Below, piece after piece: positions 61,701 through 64,000 of a DNA stretch of 64,000 nt (position 1 is the stretch's first letter; every line of letters starts with the position of its first letter). The notes below the pieces were generated by a model, which saw only the letters and a program-made list of their open reading frames with translations, was not told the origin of the DNA and searched no databases. Origin of the DNA: Spirogloea muscicola (lineage: Eukaryota); the NCBI GenBank assembly GCA_009602725.1, contig WELB01000010.1, positions 574,535 through 638,534 on the forward strand, given 5' to 3'. The translations under genes and the position numbers were made by a program.

Positions 61701-63293
61701 CAATCAAAGCACTGGAACACAGAAACTTGGATTTCGTGCAATGATGCTAAGCACTCATAAGCTCTTCTGACATGCAGTGAGATATATATCAAAAGGATGA
61801 GACTAACTTCTTGCCCATGTACAGGTTGAGCTGAGGCTGCATAGGGCGTGGGAATGCTGACAAGGCCACAGATATGGGTCTTTTCTGGGCAAAGCACTCG
61901 TCTCGCAAGTGCTGTATGATTTCCAACTCCAAGACCTGCACTGGGAGGATCGATAGCAAGACTGAGTACAGCGCAGTCATGCTAGTCTAGCAGACTGCTG
62001 TGACAGGGTAGCCAAAGCATTTCACAGCTTTCAATGTCACCAACTCCTACCCTGACCTTGTCTGTAGGATCTGGCACCTTCTCAGCCTCCCCAAGATACA
62101 CAATCCTTGACGACATCAACCTCTGCCACACTCGAGTTTTGTCGCCAATGGTTCCTGGTTCACCAAGGATAGTCGCATCATACACTCTTGATGCCTTGGC
62201 CTGCAAAAGTTCCGAGACCCAGGGTCATAAGATGCAGACAAGATAGTATCCCGTCTCAGTGTGACTGCAATCCTGTCTGCTTCCTGTGCTGCACTAAATC
62301 TGTACCCAAAAAGTTCGACATGTACGATGCTACATCAACAAAAGAGACAAAGTGCAGCTCAAGAAAGTCGGAGCAGCATCAACACTCCGTACACCAGACT
62401 ACGTCATGAATGACTTAGAGAACTTGAAGAGCATCTTGAGGTGGTTGAGGCAGCATCAGAACCTCAATGCCTACCTTAGCTGCAGCAGCCATGACAGGGT
62501 TGTTGGCAACATCACCCAGGAGCCAAAACTTCCCTGCCGTGTTTGCCTGCCCCGGAGCTTGTGCTGCAGCCTGTGCCAAACCTGCCTCTGCCAGACTTGC
62601 TGCTCCCAAGCCTGCAATAGTCATGGCAAGGAGCCCACGCCTGCTCGATGCCCACTGCTTCCTTGATTGTGTTGCTTCAGAGTCCGCAGCACATGTCGAG
62701 GTTGACGCAGGTTCATCACAGGGAACAGTAGAAGGGCGCTCTAGAGCAGTCTCCTGGCCCTGGCTGCTGCAAGCAGCAGCTCTGCCTGTTTCTATGCCGC
62801 AGCCCAGCTCTGCCGTGCTTGCTTTCGCAGAGTAGACCCTCCTCTTCTTGTTGGATGGCACCGAGTCAATGCCTGCTGGCTCTGGGCTGGTGGCACCAGC
62901 AAAGTCTAGTCTGCGCCCAGCCTTGCCATCGCTGCAGCCAATGTGTCCGCCAACGAACGAGCTGGCTAGCCTGCGCCGCTGCTCGCGAAGGGAAGAGCCA
63001 TGGTCCTTGAAGCTCTCAACCTGGACCAATATTTTGGGGGGCTGCCTCCTCGCTTCAGCCTGCGCTAGTGAGCCTTTGCGAGACGGGGAGGAGCTCGAGA
63101 GGCAAGACGACCCAGAGGCAGCATACGGGGGCATGCGCCTGGGGGACGCGCGAGGGGAGTGGCACGGGGAGGACGCCGTGGACGAGGACGGCGAGCAAGC
63201 CGGGCTTGCGGGCATGGAGCTGCGCACATCGAGCCACCGGCTGCGAGGACTGCCGTAGACGGCCTCCAGAGGGGCTGGCAGAGTGGCCAGCAT
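58718..63293 (-). CDS. RETICULATA-RELATED 5/6-like plastid protein (ChaN-like/DUF399 plus DUF3411); start uncertain
   Basis: Twin-arginine signal [145 protein letters not shown]. Stop 58718. A polypyrimidine acceptor just before ATG 63293 suggests an upstream exon. Confidence 0.9.
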
Positions 63294-63724
63294 GGCTGGA
63301 AGGGCAGTGGGTAGGAAACAGGGCGAGAGATGTAGGAAACAGTGGGCCGAGGCTGGGAGGCGATCGGCTCCGGTCGCCTGGGCTGCAGGCAGCTGCCTCA
63401 GCAGCCGCCTGAGCGGGCGCAGCGCGAGGCGAGGACGGGGCCGCCGCGGGCGCGCAGGCGGGCGCTGGCCGAGCAGGCGGCGGGGCCGGGGCGGAGCTGG
63501 CCGGACATCTGGCACGGGCTCGTGGGGTGCCGCGGGCGCAGCCATGGCGGCGCGGCTGGCTGGTGAGAAAGACGAGGCTGCTGATGTCAAACGAGCGGCG
63601 GTAATCGGCGGCCAGATGGTGCTCATGGCACGCATTAGCGGAGCCACGGGAGCAGCCGCCGTTAGGGAAGATGCGCTTCGCGTGGCTCCGCCTGACGGGG
63701 AGCTCCCCCCCCGCCTTTATCCAG

Positions 63725-63910
63725 TCCGCCACCAATGACCACTACGAGCCCGCCACGCGGCCCTTCCCGCCGCCCACCGTCCAATCACCCGCCTAGCGCG
63801 GGCGGCGGGGCACTCGCACGTGCCAGTTGCCCATCAATTGGGCGCCGCGTGGCGGGCTCGGTGAAGCACGTGCCGCTGCGAGAAACTGGCGGGGGGTCGA
63901 CGTGGGGGGG
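63725..63910 (-). promoter_or_regulatory. Putative RER promoter with CCAAT boxes and G-boxes
   Basis: CCAAT at ~63732 and 63781; CACGTG at ~63817 and ~63867. Motif match only. Confidence 0.35.
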
Positions 63911-64000
63911 CGCGCGGCCAGAACGTTCAGGCTTGGGGCGGGACACGCGGCGCGCCGCGGCGCCGCCCGACAGTTGGGCTAGACTCGGTCCAAGGCCCCA

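Noticed and set aside
2264..63293. Functional gene cluster among the 16 genes
   Set aside because: Functions are unrelated housekeeping roles with no shared pathway.

Overview
Eukaryotic nuclear DNA, gene-dense with many short introns and GC-rich first exons. The plant-type gene set (ClpR3, RETICULATA-RELATED 5/6-like, phytyl ester synthase-like, bHLH IVc, AUG7, TSP9-like) suggests a streptophyte green alga; this is an inference. I can trace 16 spliced protein-coding genes, in order: At4g04980/CHUP1-C-terminal-like, LCMT1, ATP6AP2-like, PP2C, TSP9-like, AUG7, TFIIE-beta, ClpR3, mS37-like CHCH, APH1, a SAM-domain protein, UTP18, PES-like, bHLH IVc, cytosolic TyrRS and RER5/6-like. Family assignments come from motifs I recognise, not from database searches. 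The main unexplained signal is a dispersed repeat system. Dozens of short copies (about 40-430 bp) share a decayed protein C-terminus, (Y/F)RxRLSVSLQRSQAxAIHxRAGRA...SDLx(V/L)LTRGY*, followed by one of at least four structured 3' UTRs. They look like severely 5'-truncated 3' ends of CRE-type, restriction-like-endonuclease non-LTR retrotransposons. Some carry target-site duplications at pyrimidine-rich sites, they nest into one another, they pile up just upstream of gene starts, and none was seen in the four convergent 3'-3' gaps. Also notable: at least five GC-AG introns, a U12-like intron, two apparent frameshifts in gene 1, and a missing APH1 start codon. Assembly gaps (n at 6462, 10888, 15316, 27371, 55238; N-run 50345-50424) make several 5' ends uncertain.
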